From contig CAWDEW010000009.1 in the NCBI GenBank assembly GCA_963801445.1, positions 836,438 to 900,437 on the forward strand: a stretch of 64,000 bases of DNA, read 5' to 3'. The notes under the pieces are model-generated. The model was not told where the DNA came from, did no database searches, and saw only the letters and a list, made by a program, of their open reading frames with translations. The DNA is from an uncultured Chloroflexia bacterium (GTDB lineage: Bacteria; Chloroflexota; Limnocylindria; Limnocylindrales; CSP1-4). Positions 18,928 to 28,414 of the stretch are shown piece by piece (position 1 is the stretch's first letter; each line of letters starts with the position of its first letter). Position numbers and translations under genes: made by a program.

Positions 18928-21900
18928 ATGTCCAGGAAGCTCGTCGCTGTTCTGGGAGCCTTGGCGCTCCTGCTGGCAGTGCTGCCGTCCGTCGCGACCG
19001 CCCAGGGTCCGACCCGGTTCCAGCGGCTCTCGGTGGCCGGCTTCGACAGCCAGCGCCTCAAGGACCTGATCGCGGCTCGCGCCCAGACGACCGTGATCGT
19101 CCAGCTGGCGGCCGCGCCCGTGGCGAACTCCCAGGCCGCGGCACTCGCGACCGGGCGGAAGCTCACGAGCACCGAGAAGTCGCGGGTCCGCGCGACCGTC
19201 AAGTCGTCGCAGGACCAGTTGATCCCGACGCTCCGGGGGATGGGGGCAAGGCCCCTCGCCCAGTACCAGGACGCGTACGACGGGATCCGCATCCGCGTGG
19301 CCGCGTCCCGGATCGCCGAGATCGCCGCGCTCCCCGGCGTCGTCGCCGTGCATCCGGTGACGGTGTTCCAGCGCGACAACCTGGTCGGCGTGCCCTACAT
19401 CGGCGGCAGCCAGGCGTGGACCGACTCCGGGCTCACGGGCCAGGGCGTCAAGATCGCCGACATCGACACCGGCATCGACTTCTACCACGCGAACTTCGGT
19501 GGGTCGGGCCAGGTCCCCGACTTCGCCTACGGCGCCGCCCACAGCACGACGGTCCCCGCGTTCAACGCGGACGGGACCACCCAGGCCTTCCCGAGCGCGA
19601 AGGTGGCCGGCGGATACGACTTCGTGGGCGACGCCTACGACGCCAACCTCCCCTCGTCCAACCCCAACTCGGTCCCGAAGCCCGACCCGAACCCTCTCGA
19701 CTGCGCCGCCAGCCTCGGTGGTGGACACGGCTCCCACACGGCCGGCACGGCCGCGGGTGAGGGTGTCCTCGCCGACGGCTCCACCTACGCCGGCCCCTAC
19801 ACCGCGAGCGCTCTCGCGGCCAACAGCTGGAAGATCGGCCCCGGCGTGGCTCCCAAGGCGACCATCTACGCCTATCGCGTCTTCGGCTGCACCGGCTCCA
19901 CGAACGTCGTCGTCGATGCCATCGAGATGGCCATGAAGGACGGCGTCGACGTGATCAACATGTCGCTCGGCTCCCCGTTCGGGCCCCCGGACTCGCCTGA
20001 CGCCGTCGCCGCCAACAACGCGGCGCTGGCCGGCATCACGGTCGTGGCATCGGCGGGCAACGAAGGCCCCAACGCCTACATCGTCGGATCGCCCTCCACC
20101 GCGGCCCGCGCGCTCTCCGTCGCGGCGCTCGATCCGATCTCGACCTTCCCCGGCGCCCTCGTCACCCTGACGGGCGGCCCGGCGCTGACCGGCATCGACG
20201 CCAACGGCGCCTCCCTCGCTACGGCGATCACGGGGCCGCTCAAGGTCCTGCAGGATTCGCCGGGCGTCATCTCGCTCGGCTGCGCTGACAGCGACTACGC
20301 GTCCGTCGCTCCCGGTGACATCGTGGTCGCCCTCCGCGGCGTCTGCGCCCGGGTGGACCGCGCGACGTTCGGCCAGGCCCACGGCGCCGCGGCCGTGATC
20401 ATGCTCAACAATTCCTCGGACCTGCCGCCCTTCGAGGGCACGATCCCCGGCGTGACGATCCCGTTCATCGGGATCGCGGATGCCGGCGGGGCAGGCGCCG
20501 CCCTGCTGGCCGCGGACGGAACATCGACCACGATCTCGGCCGGCGGGACGCTGGCCAACACCGGCTACCAGATGCTGGCGACGTTCAGCTCCGGCGGTCC
20601 GGGCAGCGCCAGCAGCGCCATCAAGCCCGAGATCACGGCCCCCGGCGTCAGCACGCTCTCCACGCTGGCCGGTGGCGGCACGGAGGGCGAGCGGCTCTCC
20701 GGCACCTCCATGGCCGCCCCGTTCACGACCGGCGCAGCCGCGCTCGTGAAGCAGGCGCACCCGACCTGGACGCCGGCCCAGATCAAGGGCGCGCTGATCA
20801 GCACCGCCGACAACACCGCGGCCCACATCCTTGGCTACAACGTCAGGACCGCCGGTGCCGGCGTCGTCCAGGTCCAGAAGGCGACGACCACCGCCGCGAT
20901 GGCCTGGACCAAGGACGGCCTCGACACGCTCTCGTTCGGCTATGACCCCTCCGGATCGAACGTCGTCGATTCGAAGGACCTCACGATCACGAACTCGAGC
21001 AGGAAGGCGATCTCCTACACCTTCAGCTGGACGACGCCGGCCCTGGGGGCCGTGCTCAAGGCCAGCCCCTCCAAGATCACCGTTCCGGCGCGCTCGTCGC
21101 GGACCGTGAACGTCAAGCTCACCCTCTCGACGGCGGCCGTCGCCGCCCTGCCCAGCGCGGACAGCAGCAACTTCGGCTCGCTGGTCACGATCCGCGGGAC
21201 CTTCACGGCCACGCCGACGCGGTCGGGCAGCGGGCTCTACCCGCTGGCCGTCCCGTACCTGGTCGTGCCGCGCGGCCTGTCCGACATCTCGGCATCCGAT
21301 CCGCACGTGACGGGCAGCTCCGGCAGCGTCGTGGCGCTCTCCTCGCAGGTCGTCAACAAGGGCGTGCATGCCGGCGCCGCCGACGTGTACGCCTGGGGCC
21401 TGCACGACCGCAAGGGCGACGCCGGGCCGACCAACGACATCCGCGACGTCGGCGTCCAGTCGCTCGACGGCGCGCTCGCCGGGGTGCCCGGCGACCAGCT
21501 TCTCGTGTTCGCGATGAACACGTACGGCCGCTGGTCGAACGCCTCGGACACCGACCTCGAGATCCCGATCGACAAGAACGGGGACGGGACCCCCGACTTC
21601 TGGGTGATCGGGTTCGACTACGGCTACTTCATGACCGGGACGCCCGACGGACGCTTTGCCTCGTTCACCACCGATGCTGGCTTCAACATCATCGACATCT
21701 GGATCCCGACCGCCCCGATGAATGGGTCGACGGCCGAGCTCCCCACCCTCGCCACCGATCTCGGGCTCACGCCCGCGAGCGGTCTCTTCAAGTACGGCGC
21801 CCAGGCCTTCTCCCTCCAGGGCTACACGCCCGACTTGGTCTCCGGCTGGGCCTCCTTCGACGCGTTCGCTCCGGCGTTCTCGCAGGGCCAGTTCATCCCG

Positions 21901-22071
21901 CTTGACCCCCGCCACAACGCCACGCTCAGCCTGTCGGTCGACGGGTCGAAGCTGGCCGCGCAGCCCGGTCTCGGCTGGATGGTCGTGGCGCTCGACGACG
22001 CCAACGGCGCCGCCCAGGCGGACGAGCTGCAGTTCGAAGACCACTCCGATCACCACGATGGCCATCACTGA
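18928..22071 (+). CDS. Secreted subtilisin-like serine protease (peptidase S8) with PA-domain insert and His-rich C-terminus
   Basis: It begins with RBS gaagggagga and a signal peptide (MSRKLVAVLGALALLLAVLPSVATAQG). The catalytic triad motifs are present (DTGID, HGSHTAG, GTSMAAPF). The C-terminus is HSDHHDGHH. Confidence 0.9.
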   Translation: MSRKLVAVLGALALLLAVLPSVATAQGPTRFQRLSVAGFDSQRLKDLIAARAQTTVIVQLAAAPVANSQAAALATGRKLTSTEKSRVRATVKSSQDQLIPTLRGMGARPLAQYQDAYDGIRIRVAASRIAEIAALPGVVAVHPVTVFQRDNLVGVPYIGGSQAWTDSGLTGQGVKIADIDTGIDFYHANFGGSGQVPDFAYGAAHSTTVPAFNADGTTQAFPSAKVAGGYDFVGDAYDANLPSSNPNSVPKPDPNPLDCAASLGGGHGSHTAGTAAGEGVLADGSTYAGPYTASALAANSWKIGPGVAPKATIYAYRVFGCTGSTNVVVDAIEMAMKDGVDVINMSLGSPFGPPDSPDAVAANNAALAGITVVASAGNEGPNAYIVGSPSTAARALSVAALDPISTFPGALVTLTGGPALTGIDANGASLATAITGPLKVLQDSPGVISLGCADSDYASVAPGDIVVALRGVCARVDRATFGQAHGAAAVIMLNNSSDLPPFEGTIPGVTIPFIGIADAGGAGAALLAADGTSTTISAGGTLANTGYQMLATFSSGGPGSASSAIKPEITAPGVSTLSTLAGGGTEGERLSGTSMAAPFTTGAAALVKQAHPTWTPAQIKGALISTADNTAAHILGYNVRTAGAGVVQVQKATTTAAMAWTKDGLDTLSFGYDPSGSNVVDSKDLTITNSSRKAISYTFSWTTPALGAVLKASPSKITVPARSSRTVNVKLTLSTAAVAALPSADSSNFGSLVTIRGTFTATPTRSGSGLYPLAVPYLVVPRGLSDISASDPHVTGSSGSVVALSSQVVNKGVHAGAADVYAWGLHDRKGDAGPTNDIRDVGVQSLDGALAGVPGDQLLVFAMNTYGRWSNASDTDLEIPIDKNGDGTPDFWVIGFDYGYFMTGTPDGRFASFTTDAGFNIIDIWIPTAPMNGSTAELPTLATDLGLTPASGLFKYGAQAFSLQGYTPDLVSGWASFDAFAPAFSQGQFIPLDPRHNATLSLSVDGSKLAAQPGLGWMVVALDDANGAAQADELQFEDHSDHHDGHH

Positions 22072-22106
22072 CCGATAGCCGGGACCGGCTTCGCCGGCCC
22101 GATCAG

Positions 22107-22143
22107 CGCGAAGGCCCGCCGGCAAACCCGGCGGGCCTTCGCG
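22107..22143 (+). terminator. Strong GC-rich hairpin (16-bp perfect stem, 5-nt loop) downstream of the S8 protease gene
   Basis: The sequence is cgcgaaggcccgccgg caaac ccggcgggccttcgcg. It is not followed by a U-tract. Confidence 0.55.
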
Positions 22144-22234
22144 TGTCTGCGCCCCGGCCCCGGGTAACCCGGACCGCGGCTCGCCCGGTCGGGCGCGCCC
22201 CGAAGGGGCGGCCGGGCCGGTAGACTCGCCCGCG

Positions 22235-24049
22235 ATGACCCATCGGTACACGATCCTCCACGGCGGGACGGTCCTGACGCTCGCCGGGGCGCCGCCATCC
22301 GACGCCCGCGCCCGCCGGGCCGGCGACCCGACCGTGCCCGACGCAGCCGGTCGGCGGGCCACGGCCATCTGCATCGCGGAGGATCGGATCCTCGCCCTGG
22401 GCGATGATGCCTCCGTCCTGGCCCTCGCCGGGCCCGACAGCACGCTCGTGGACCTCCGCGGCCGGTGCGTCGTGCCCGGGCTCATCGATCCCCACGCGCA
22501 CCCGTACGCCGAGGGGCTGGCGGCCGCCGTGCCGTCGCTGGTCGCGGCGCCGGACCTGCGGACCCTCCTGCGCTCGGTCCCCGGGCTCGGCGAGCACCTG
22601 GGTCCCGACGCCTGGCTGGTTGCGCGCTACGACGACGGCTCCTGGCCGGAGAGCCGGTCGCCGACCCGCGATGACCTCGACCGCGTCGTTCCCGACCGGC
22701 CGGTCCTGCTTGGCCATCGATCGGGTCACGCCGTGGTGGCGAACAGCCTGGCCCTTGTCCTGGCCGGGATCGGCGTGGACGGTCCCGCCGACGCTGCGAG
22801 CGGGGTCACCGTCGTCCGGGACCAGCACGGCGAGCCGACCGGCCTCATCGAGGGCCCGGGTGCCTGGGCGCTCGTGGCGGCCGGGATGCCGGCGCGGCGG
22901 CCAGCGGAACGTGCCGCAGCCCTCCGCCTGGCCGCCGGGCGCCTGGCCCGGGATGGGGTCACCTGGGTTGCCGACGCCGACGCGGGGTCCTCCGATGGCC
23001 TCGAGCACGAGCTGGCGGCCTATGGCGCGGCCGTCGAGGCCGGGACCTTCCCGATCGGGCTGGGGCTGCTGCCCGGGCTGGCCGGCCTGGCGCCCGCCCC
23101 CGAGTCTGACCCGCCCGCCCCCCCGGAGGTCGCGGCGCTCCTGCCCGCTGCCGTCCGGGACCTGGTCCTGCTGGATCGCGCCAAGCTCTACGCCGACGGG
23201 GCGCTCACGACTCGCACGGCCTGGCTCACGGCCGGGTATGCGGATGCCCCGGGCGCGGGGCGGCCCGTCCACGGGCCGGGTGCGCTCGCCGAGCGCGTGC
23301 GCCGGGCGACCGACCGCGGCTGGCTCCTCGCCACCCATGCCATCGGGGACGCCGCGATCGGGGCGGTCCTCGACGCCTACGAGGCCGCCGCCGGGGCTGC
23401 CGGACGGCCGGTCGGCCACCGCATCGACCACGCGATGCTCCTCACGCCAGCGCTCGTGGCCCGCCTGGCCGCGGGTCGCATCGGGGTCGTGGTCCAGCCG
23501 GAGTTCACCCGCTGGGCCGGCGACATGTACGTCCGGCGCCTGGACGCGTCCCGGGCTGCCCTCCTGCTGCCCTATGCGACGCTGCTCGAGGCAGGCGTCC
23601 CGCTGGCGTTCTCCAGCGACCGGCCCATCGTGGGCGGAGCCCCGCTCGACGGCATCCGGGCAGCCCTCCGCCATGCGGGCCCGTCGGGGCGACGGCTGGC
23701 CGAGGGCCCGACCGTCTCCCCCGCCGAGGCGCTCCATGCGTGGACGAGCGGGGCTGCCGGCGCGGCCGGGATCGGCGCGGAGGCGGGGCGCCTCGAGCCA
23801 GGGACCCGGGCGGACCTCGCGATCCTGACGGTCGATCCCACCGCGCTCCCGCCCGGGGCCTGGGCAGCCGGTGAGGATGGGGTCGCGGTCGTCGCGACGC
23901 TCGTGGCCGGGCGGGTGGTGGCCGGCGACCTGGCCGCCCTCGAACCGCTGGATCGTGGTCCGACTGATGTCGCGGCCGGCGCGCTCGTCGTGGAGCCCAG
24001 CGTCGGCGGGCGGGCGCGACCGCGGGCCCGGGGAGCGAGGCGCCCGTGA
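22235..24049 (+). CDS. Amidohydrolase family protein (metal-dependent hydrolase, amidohydrolase_3-like)
   Basis: Metal-ligand motifs are present (PGLIDPHAHP ... HAIGD ... AFSSD). The product is 604 aa. Confidence 0.8.
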   Translation: MTHRYTILHGGTVLTLAGAPPSDARARRAGDPTVPDAAGRRATAICIAEDRILALGDDASVLALAGPDSTLVDLRGRCVVPGLIDPHAHPYAEGLAAAVPSLVAAPDLRTLLRSVPGLGEHLGPDAWLVARYDDGSWPESRSPTRDDLDRVVPDRPVLLGHRSGHAVVANSLALVLAGIGVDGPADAASGVTVVRDQHGEPTGLIEGPGAWALVAAGMPARRPAERAAALRLAAGRLARDGVTWVADADAGSSDGLEHELAAYGAAVEAGTFPIGLGLLPGLAGLAPAPESDPPAPPEVAALLPAAVRDLVLLDRAKLYADGALTTRTAWLTAGYADAPGAGRPVHGPGALAERVRRATDRGWLLATHAIGDAAIGAVLDAYEAAAGAAGRPVGHRIDHAMLLTPALVARLAAGRIGVVVQPEFTRWAGDMYVRRLDASRAALLLPYATLLEAGVPLAFSSDRPIVGGAPLDGIRAALRHAGPSGRRLAEGPTVSPAEALHAWTSGAAGAAGIGAEAGRLEPGTRADLAILTVDPTALPPGAWAAGEDGVAVVATLVAGRVVAGDLAALEPLDRGPTDVAAGALVVEPSVGGRARPRARGARRP

Positions 24050-24936
24050 CCGCGGCGGTCCTCACGTTCGCGTTCGACCCCATCGTCCGGCTGGCCGGCC
24101 TGGAGGTCCGGGCCGAGACCCTCGGGATCGCCGCGGCGCTGCTCATCGGCCTCGTCTGGGTGGCGTTCATCACGGGCCGGACTCCGGGCGGCGACTGGAT
24201 CGGCGACACGGCGGCGGACGAGGAGGCCGGCCTGGCCGGACCCTGGCACCTGCGCCGCGACGACCTGCTGTTCATCGCCGTCGGGGCCGTGCCGGGAGCC
24301 GTCCTCGGCGGGCGGATCGGGTACGGCCTCCTCCACGCGGACTACTACGGGATGGACCTCCGCCGGCTCCTGGACCCGGGATCCGGGAGCGCCGAGCTCA
24401 CCCTGGCCGTCGTCGGCGGGACGCTGACCGGGATCTACGTCGCGGCGCTCCTCGATGCGCCCGTCGGTCGCTGGCTGCACGCGGCGATCCGCCCGCTCCT
24501 GATCGCCCTCGCGCTGGGCAAGGCGGCCGGGGTCCTGGGTGGGTCGGGGCAGGGCGCGCTCGTCCCGGCCGGGACGTCGTATGCGACGGCCTATGCGGGC
24601 CCCGGCCCCTGGGGGAGCGCGGCCGCGGACCTTCCGGCGATCCCCTCGCAGCTCGGCGAGGCGGCGCTGACCCTGCTCGTGCTGGCCCTCGTCGGCTGGC
24701 TCGGGTGGCGCACCCCGCTCCGGCGCCCGGACGGACGCCTCTTCGGGGTGGGCCTCGGTCTGTGGGCCCTCGGTCGCGGCCTCGTCGCGACGACGTGGCG
24801 GGACGTGTCCGTCCTTGGCCCCTTTTCCGCCGAGCAGCTCATCGCGCTGCCCGTGGGCCTGCTCGCGCTCGGCCTCGCCACCCTCGCCTGGCTCGCCCGG
24901 CGGCGCGGGCGGCGACCCGCCATCCCCGGCGCCTGA
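24046..24936 (+). CDS. Divergent Lgt-family membrane protein (paralog lacking the canonical Lgt signature)
   Basis: It is collinear with Lgt (DDLLFIAVGAVPGAVLGGRIGYGLLHADYYG; LDPGSGS..GG; C-terminal IPSQLGEAALTLLVLALVGWL resembling HPTQLYE..L.L). The G-R-x-G-N-F-x-N-x-E signature is replaced by LGKAAGVLGGSG. Its start overlaps the previous stop (GTGA). Confidence 0.55.
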   Translation: MTAAVLTFAFDPIVRLAGLEVRAETLGIAAALLIGLVWVAFITGRTPGGDWIGDTAADEEAGLAGPWHLRRDDLLFIAVGAVPGAVLGGRIGYGLLHADYYGMDLRRLLDPGSGSAELTLAVVGGTLTGIYVAALLDAPVGRWLHAAIRPLLIALALGKAAGVLGGSGQGALVPAGTSYATAYAGPGPWGSAAADLPAIPSQLGEAALTLLVLALVGWLGWRTPLRRPDGRLFGVGLGLWALGRGLVATTWRDVSVLGPFSAEQLIALPVGLLALGLATLAWLARRRGRRPAIPGA

Positions 24937-24952
24937 CCGACGACCGCGGACC

Positions 24953-25924
24953 ATGCCCGATCCCGACCGCCCCGCGCGCCCGTCGACCTCCCCCGACCCC
25001 CTCGGGGGCGGCATCATCGGCCGGCGCCCGGCCGCCGTCCTCCTCGGGCTGGTGGCCCTGGTCTGGGGCGTCCACTGGGCCGTGATCCGGGTCGGCCTCG
25101 GGGTCATGTCGCCGTTCGCCTACGGGACGCTCCGGGCGGCCGGCGGGTTCGCCACCCTGGCGGTCCTCCTGGCCATGCGGCGCGCGTTGCGCCTCCCTGC
25201 CCGGGCCGACCTGCCGATCATCCTCTCGATCGGCGTCGGCCAGATGGCCGGCACGATCGTGATCGCGAACCTGGCCCTCCAGGTGGTGCCCGCCGGGAGG
25301 TCGTCGGTCCTGATGTACACCATGCCGCTCTGGGTTGCCGCGATCCAGACGCTCGTGCTGCGCGTCCCGATCCGGCGGGGCGAGGTCGTGGCGCTTGGGC
25401 TGGGCCTCGCGGGCGTGATCGCGCTGCTCAACCCGATCGCGATCGACTGGACGTCGTCGGGCCAGCTGCTGGGCAGTGTCGGCCTGCTGGTCGCGGGCGT
25501 GATCTGGGCAGTCACCACGATCCACGTCCGCCGCCACCGCTGGATCGGGACGCCCCTCTCGCTCCAGCCCTGGCAGGTGCTCAGCGCGTTCCTGACCCTG
25601 GCCGTGATGACGCTCCTGCTGGAACCCGCTCCGCAGGTGCGCTGGGAGCCGCTGACCATCGGGGTGCTGCTCTACAGCGGCCCGCTGGCGACCGCGTTCG
25701 CGTACTGGGCGAGCCAGACCGTGACCCGGGCGATCGGCCCCCTCGCGACCAGCACGGCGCTGCTGGCCGTGCCCCTCGTCGGCCTCCTCTCGGGCGCGCT
25801 GCTCCTGGGCGAGCGGATCACCCTGATCGACCTCGCCGGGTTCGCCCTCGTGCTCTCCGGCGTCGGCATCCTGGCCCGGGCGGGTGAGACGCGCGACGTC
25901 ACCGTCCCGGACGCGACGGCCTGA
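24953..25924 (+). CDS. DMT-superfamily (EamA-like) transporter
   Basis: It has ten predicted TM helices and two EamA-like repeats. Confidence 0.8.
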   Translation: MPDPDRPARPSTSPDPLGGGIIGRRPAAVLLGLVALVWGVHWAVIRVGLGVMSPFAYGTLRAAGGFATLAVLLAMRRALRLPARADLPIILSIGVGQMAGTIVIANLALQVVPAGRSSVLMYTMPLWVAAIQTLVLRVPIRRGEVVALGLGLAGVIALLNPIAIDWTSSGQLLGSVGLLVAGVIWAVTTIHVRRHRWIGTPLSLQPWQVLSAFLTLAVMTLLLEPAPQVRWEPLTIGVLLYSGPLATAFAYWASQTVTRAIGPLATSTALLAVPLVGLLSGALLLGERITLIDLAGFALVLSGVGILARAGETRDVTVPDATA

Positions 25925-25973
25925 TCCCGGACCGGAGCCGGCCCGCGGGCGCCGTCGGGCCGCCCGGCGCCGG

Positions 25974-27371
25974 TCAGGAGAGCCGGGCGAAGTCCGCGGT
26001 CCCGCGCCGCAGGAAGCGGCCGTGGCCGGCGGGCCCGGTCCACGCGCCGTTGCGCACCACCACGGTGCCCCGGCTCATCACGACGTCGGAGCCGCCCTGG
26101 ACCTGCCGACCCTCGAAGATCGAGTAGTCCACGTCCATGTGATGCGTCGTCGCGCTGATCGTGTGGCGCCGGTTGGGGTCGTACACGAGGATGTCCGCGT
26201 CCGATCCGGCCGCGATGGCGCCCTTCTTCGGGTACATCCCGAACATCTTCGCCGGGGCCGTGGACATGACCTCGACCCAGCGCTCGCGCGAGAACTGCCC
26301 GCCGACCACGCCGCCGTCGTGGAGCAGGTCGACCCGGTCCTCGACCGCGGGCAGGCCGTTCGGGATCTTGCGGAAGTCGCCCCGCCCCAGCTCCTTCTGG
26401 CCATGGAAGTCGAACGGACAGTGGTCGGTGGAGACCAGCTGGAGGTCGTCCTTGCGGAGCCCGGTCCACAGGGCGGCCTGGTGGGACTTCTCCCGGAGCG
26501 GCGGCGAGCAGACGAACTTGGCCCCCTCGAAGCCATTGCCCATGTCGTCGAGCGAGAGGAAGAGGTACTGCGGGCATGTCTCGGCGAAGGCCATCGCGCC
26601 GCGGCCGCGGGCGGCGTGGACCACCTCGAGCGCGTCGCGGGCCGAGAGGTGGACGATGTAGATGGGCACCCCGGCCGCCTCGGCCAGGCGGATCACCCGG
26701 TTGGTGGCCTCGCCCTCGAGGATCGGGTAGCGGGCCAGGCCGTGGCCGATCGGGTCCGTCGTTCCGGCCGCGACCATGTCCGCGGCGATGACGTCGATCA
26801 CCGGGCCGTTCTCGGCGTGGGCCATGATCAGCCCGCCGTTCCTGCGAGTCTGCTGGAGCGCCCGGAAGATGTGGTCGTCGGGGCTCAGGAAGACGCCCGG
26901 GTAGGCGGTGAAGAGCTTGAAGTCCGGGATGCCCTCGGCGACGAGCTGGTCCATCTCCAGCAGCGACGCGTCGGTGACGTCCGACATGATCATGTGGAAG
27001 CCGTAGTCGATCAGGGCGTTGCCCTCGGCCTTGGCCATCCAGATCTCGAGTCCCTCGCGCAGGGACTTGCCCTTCGACTGGACCGCGAAGTCCACGATGG
27101 TGGTCGTCCCGCCGAAGGCTGCCGCCCTCGTCCCCGTCTCGAAGGTGTCCTTGGCGAACGTGCCTCCGAAGGGCAGCTCCATGTGCGTGTGGGCGTCGAT
27201 CCCGCCCGGGACCACGTACTTGCCTGCCGCGTCGATCGTCTCGTCGGCCGCGACCCCGCTCGCAGCCAGGTGCGCCCCGACGAGGGCGATGGTCTCGCCG
27301 TCCACGAGGACATCGGCGGGCGTCGAGCCGTCGGCCGTCACGACCGTCCCGTTGGCGATGAGCGTGCGCAT
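25974..27371 (-). CDS. Dihydropyrimidinase / D-hydantoinase (cyclic amidohydrolase)
   Basis: It matches hydantoinases in its N-terminus (MRTLIANGTVVTADG) and metal-binding motifs (GGIDAHTHM, DFKLF, STDHCPF). It forms the C-terminal third of the composite 1148-aa track ORF. Confidence 0.9.
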   Translation of the reverse strand: MRTLIANGTVVTADGSTPADVLVDGETIALVGAHLAASGVAADETIDAAGKYVVPGGIDAHTHMELPFGGTFAKDTFETGTRAAAFGGTTTIVDFAVQSKGKSLREGLEIWMAKAEGNALIDYGFHMIMSDVTDASLLEMDQLVAEGIPDFKLFTAYPGVFLSPDDHIFRALQQTRRNGGLIMAHAENGPVIDVIAADMVAAGTTDPIGHGLARYPILEGEATNRVIRLAEAAGVPIYIVHLSARDALEVVHAARGRGAMAFAETCPQYLFLSLDDMGNGFEGAKFVCSPPLREKSHQAALWTGLRKDDLQLVSTDHCPFDFHGQKELGRGDFRKIPNGLPAVEDRVDLLHDGGVVGGQFSRERWVEVMSTAPAKMFGMYPKKGAIAAGSDADILVYDPNRRHTISATTHHMDVDYSIFEGRQVQGGSDVVMSRGTVVVRNGAWTGPAGHGRFLRRGTADFARLS

Positions 27372-27382
27372 GCGCTTCCTCC

Positions 27383-28390
27383 TCAGGCCTTCCCGGCCGG
27401 CACGTCCCGCAGGGCCGGGATGATCTCCCGCCCGTAGATCTCGAGCTGCTCCTCTTCGTCGCCGTTCATGAGGTAGAGGTTGAACTGGTCGACCCCGGCG
27501 TCGGCCAGGACCCGCAGCTTCGCGACGTGGGCCGCCACGTCGCCCACGAGGCCGAACCGGTCGACGATGTCGTCCGTCACGAACTCGGCGTTCGAGGAGC
27601 CGACCTCGGCGTGGTGCAGGTAGTCGTAGCCCTGCCGGCTGGCGATGTAGTGGGTGAGCGACTCGGGGAGCTCGCCCTGGTACTTGCTGACGAGGTCGAC
27701 GACATGGTTCCCGACCAGCGCCGGGAACCAGCGGATCCGGTCCCGGCCGTCCGCGATGTCGCCGACGTGCGCCGGGGCGGCGGACATGATCTTCACGGAT
27801 GAGGGGTCCCGTCCGGCCTCGCCGGCCGAGGCCCTGACCTGCCCGACGAACCAGCGGATCAGGTCCGGATCGGCGATCTGGAGCATCGCCCCGTCGGCGA
27901 CCCGGCCGGTCAGCTTGAGGGCCACGGGTCCGTACCCCGCGATCCAGACCGGGAGCCGGTGGTCCGCCGCCCAGGTCAGCTGGAGCGTCGAACCCTCGTA
28001 CTCGATCGGCCGACCCTCGGCGAGGGCCCGGATGACGTGGACGGCCTCCTCGAGAGCAGCCATCGTCGTGGGCGCCTTGCCCAGCACGCGCCGGGCCGAG
28101 TCGCCCCGCCCGATGCCCAGGTCCATCCGTCCGCCCGAGAGCTCCTGGAGCACGGCCAGGGCGGACGCGGTGACCGACGGCTCCCTGGTGGCCGGGTTCG
28201 TGACGCACGTCCCGAAGCGCATCCGCTTCGTCGCCTGGGCCATCAGGGTCAGGAGCGGGTAGGGCTCCCGCCACAGGACGTGCGAGTCGAACAGCCATCC
28301 GTGGGTGAAGCCGGCGGCCTCCGCCTGGCGGGTGAGCGCGATCGTGCGCTCGATCGAGAAGCCGGGCCGGATCGTGAACCCGAACTGCAT
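27383..28390 (-). CDS. LLM-class flavin-dependent oxidoreductase (luciferase-like monooxygenase family; possibly F420-dependent)
   Basis: The 335-aa product has a luciferase-like TIM-barrel pattern (MQFGFTIRPG ... GRMDLGIGRGD ... VWIAGYGP). Confidence 0.8.
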   Translation of the reverse strand: MQFGFTIRPGFSIERTIALTRQAEAAGFTHGWLFDSHVLWREPYPLLTLMAQATKRMRFGTCVTNPATREPSVTASALAVLQELSGGRMDLGIGRGDSARRVLGKAPTTMAALEEAVHVIRALAEGRPIEYEGSTLQLTWAADHRLPVWIAGYGPVALKLTGRVADGAMLQIADPDLIRWFVGQVRASAGEAGRDPSSVKIMSAAPAHVGDIADGRDRIRWFPALVGNHVVDLVSKYQGELPESLTHYIASRQGYDYLHHAEVGSSNAEFVTDDIVDRFGLVGDVAAHVAKLRVLADAGVDQFNLYLMNGDEEEQLEIYGREIIPALRDVPAGKA

Positions 28391-28414
28391 CGGTGCGCGC
28401 CCCCGCTTCCCCGG

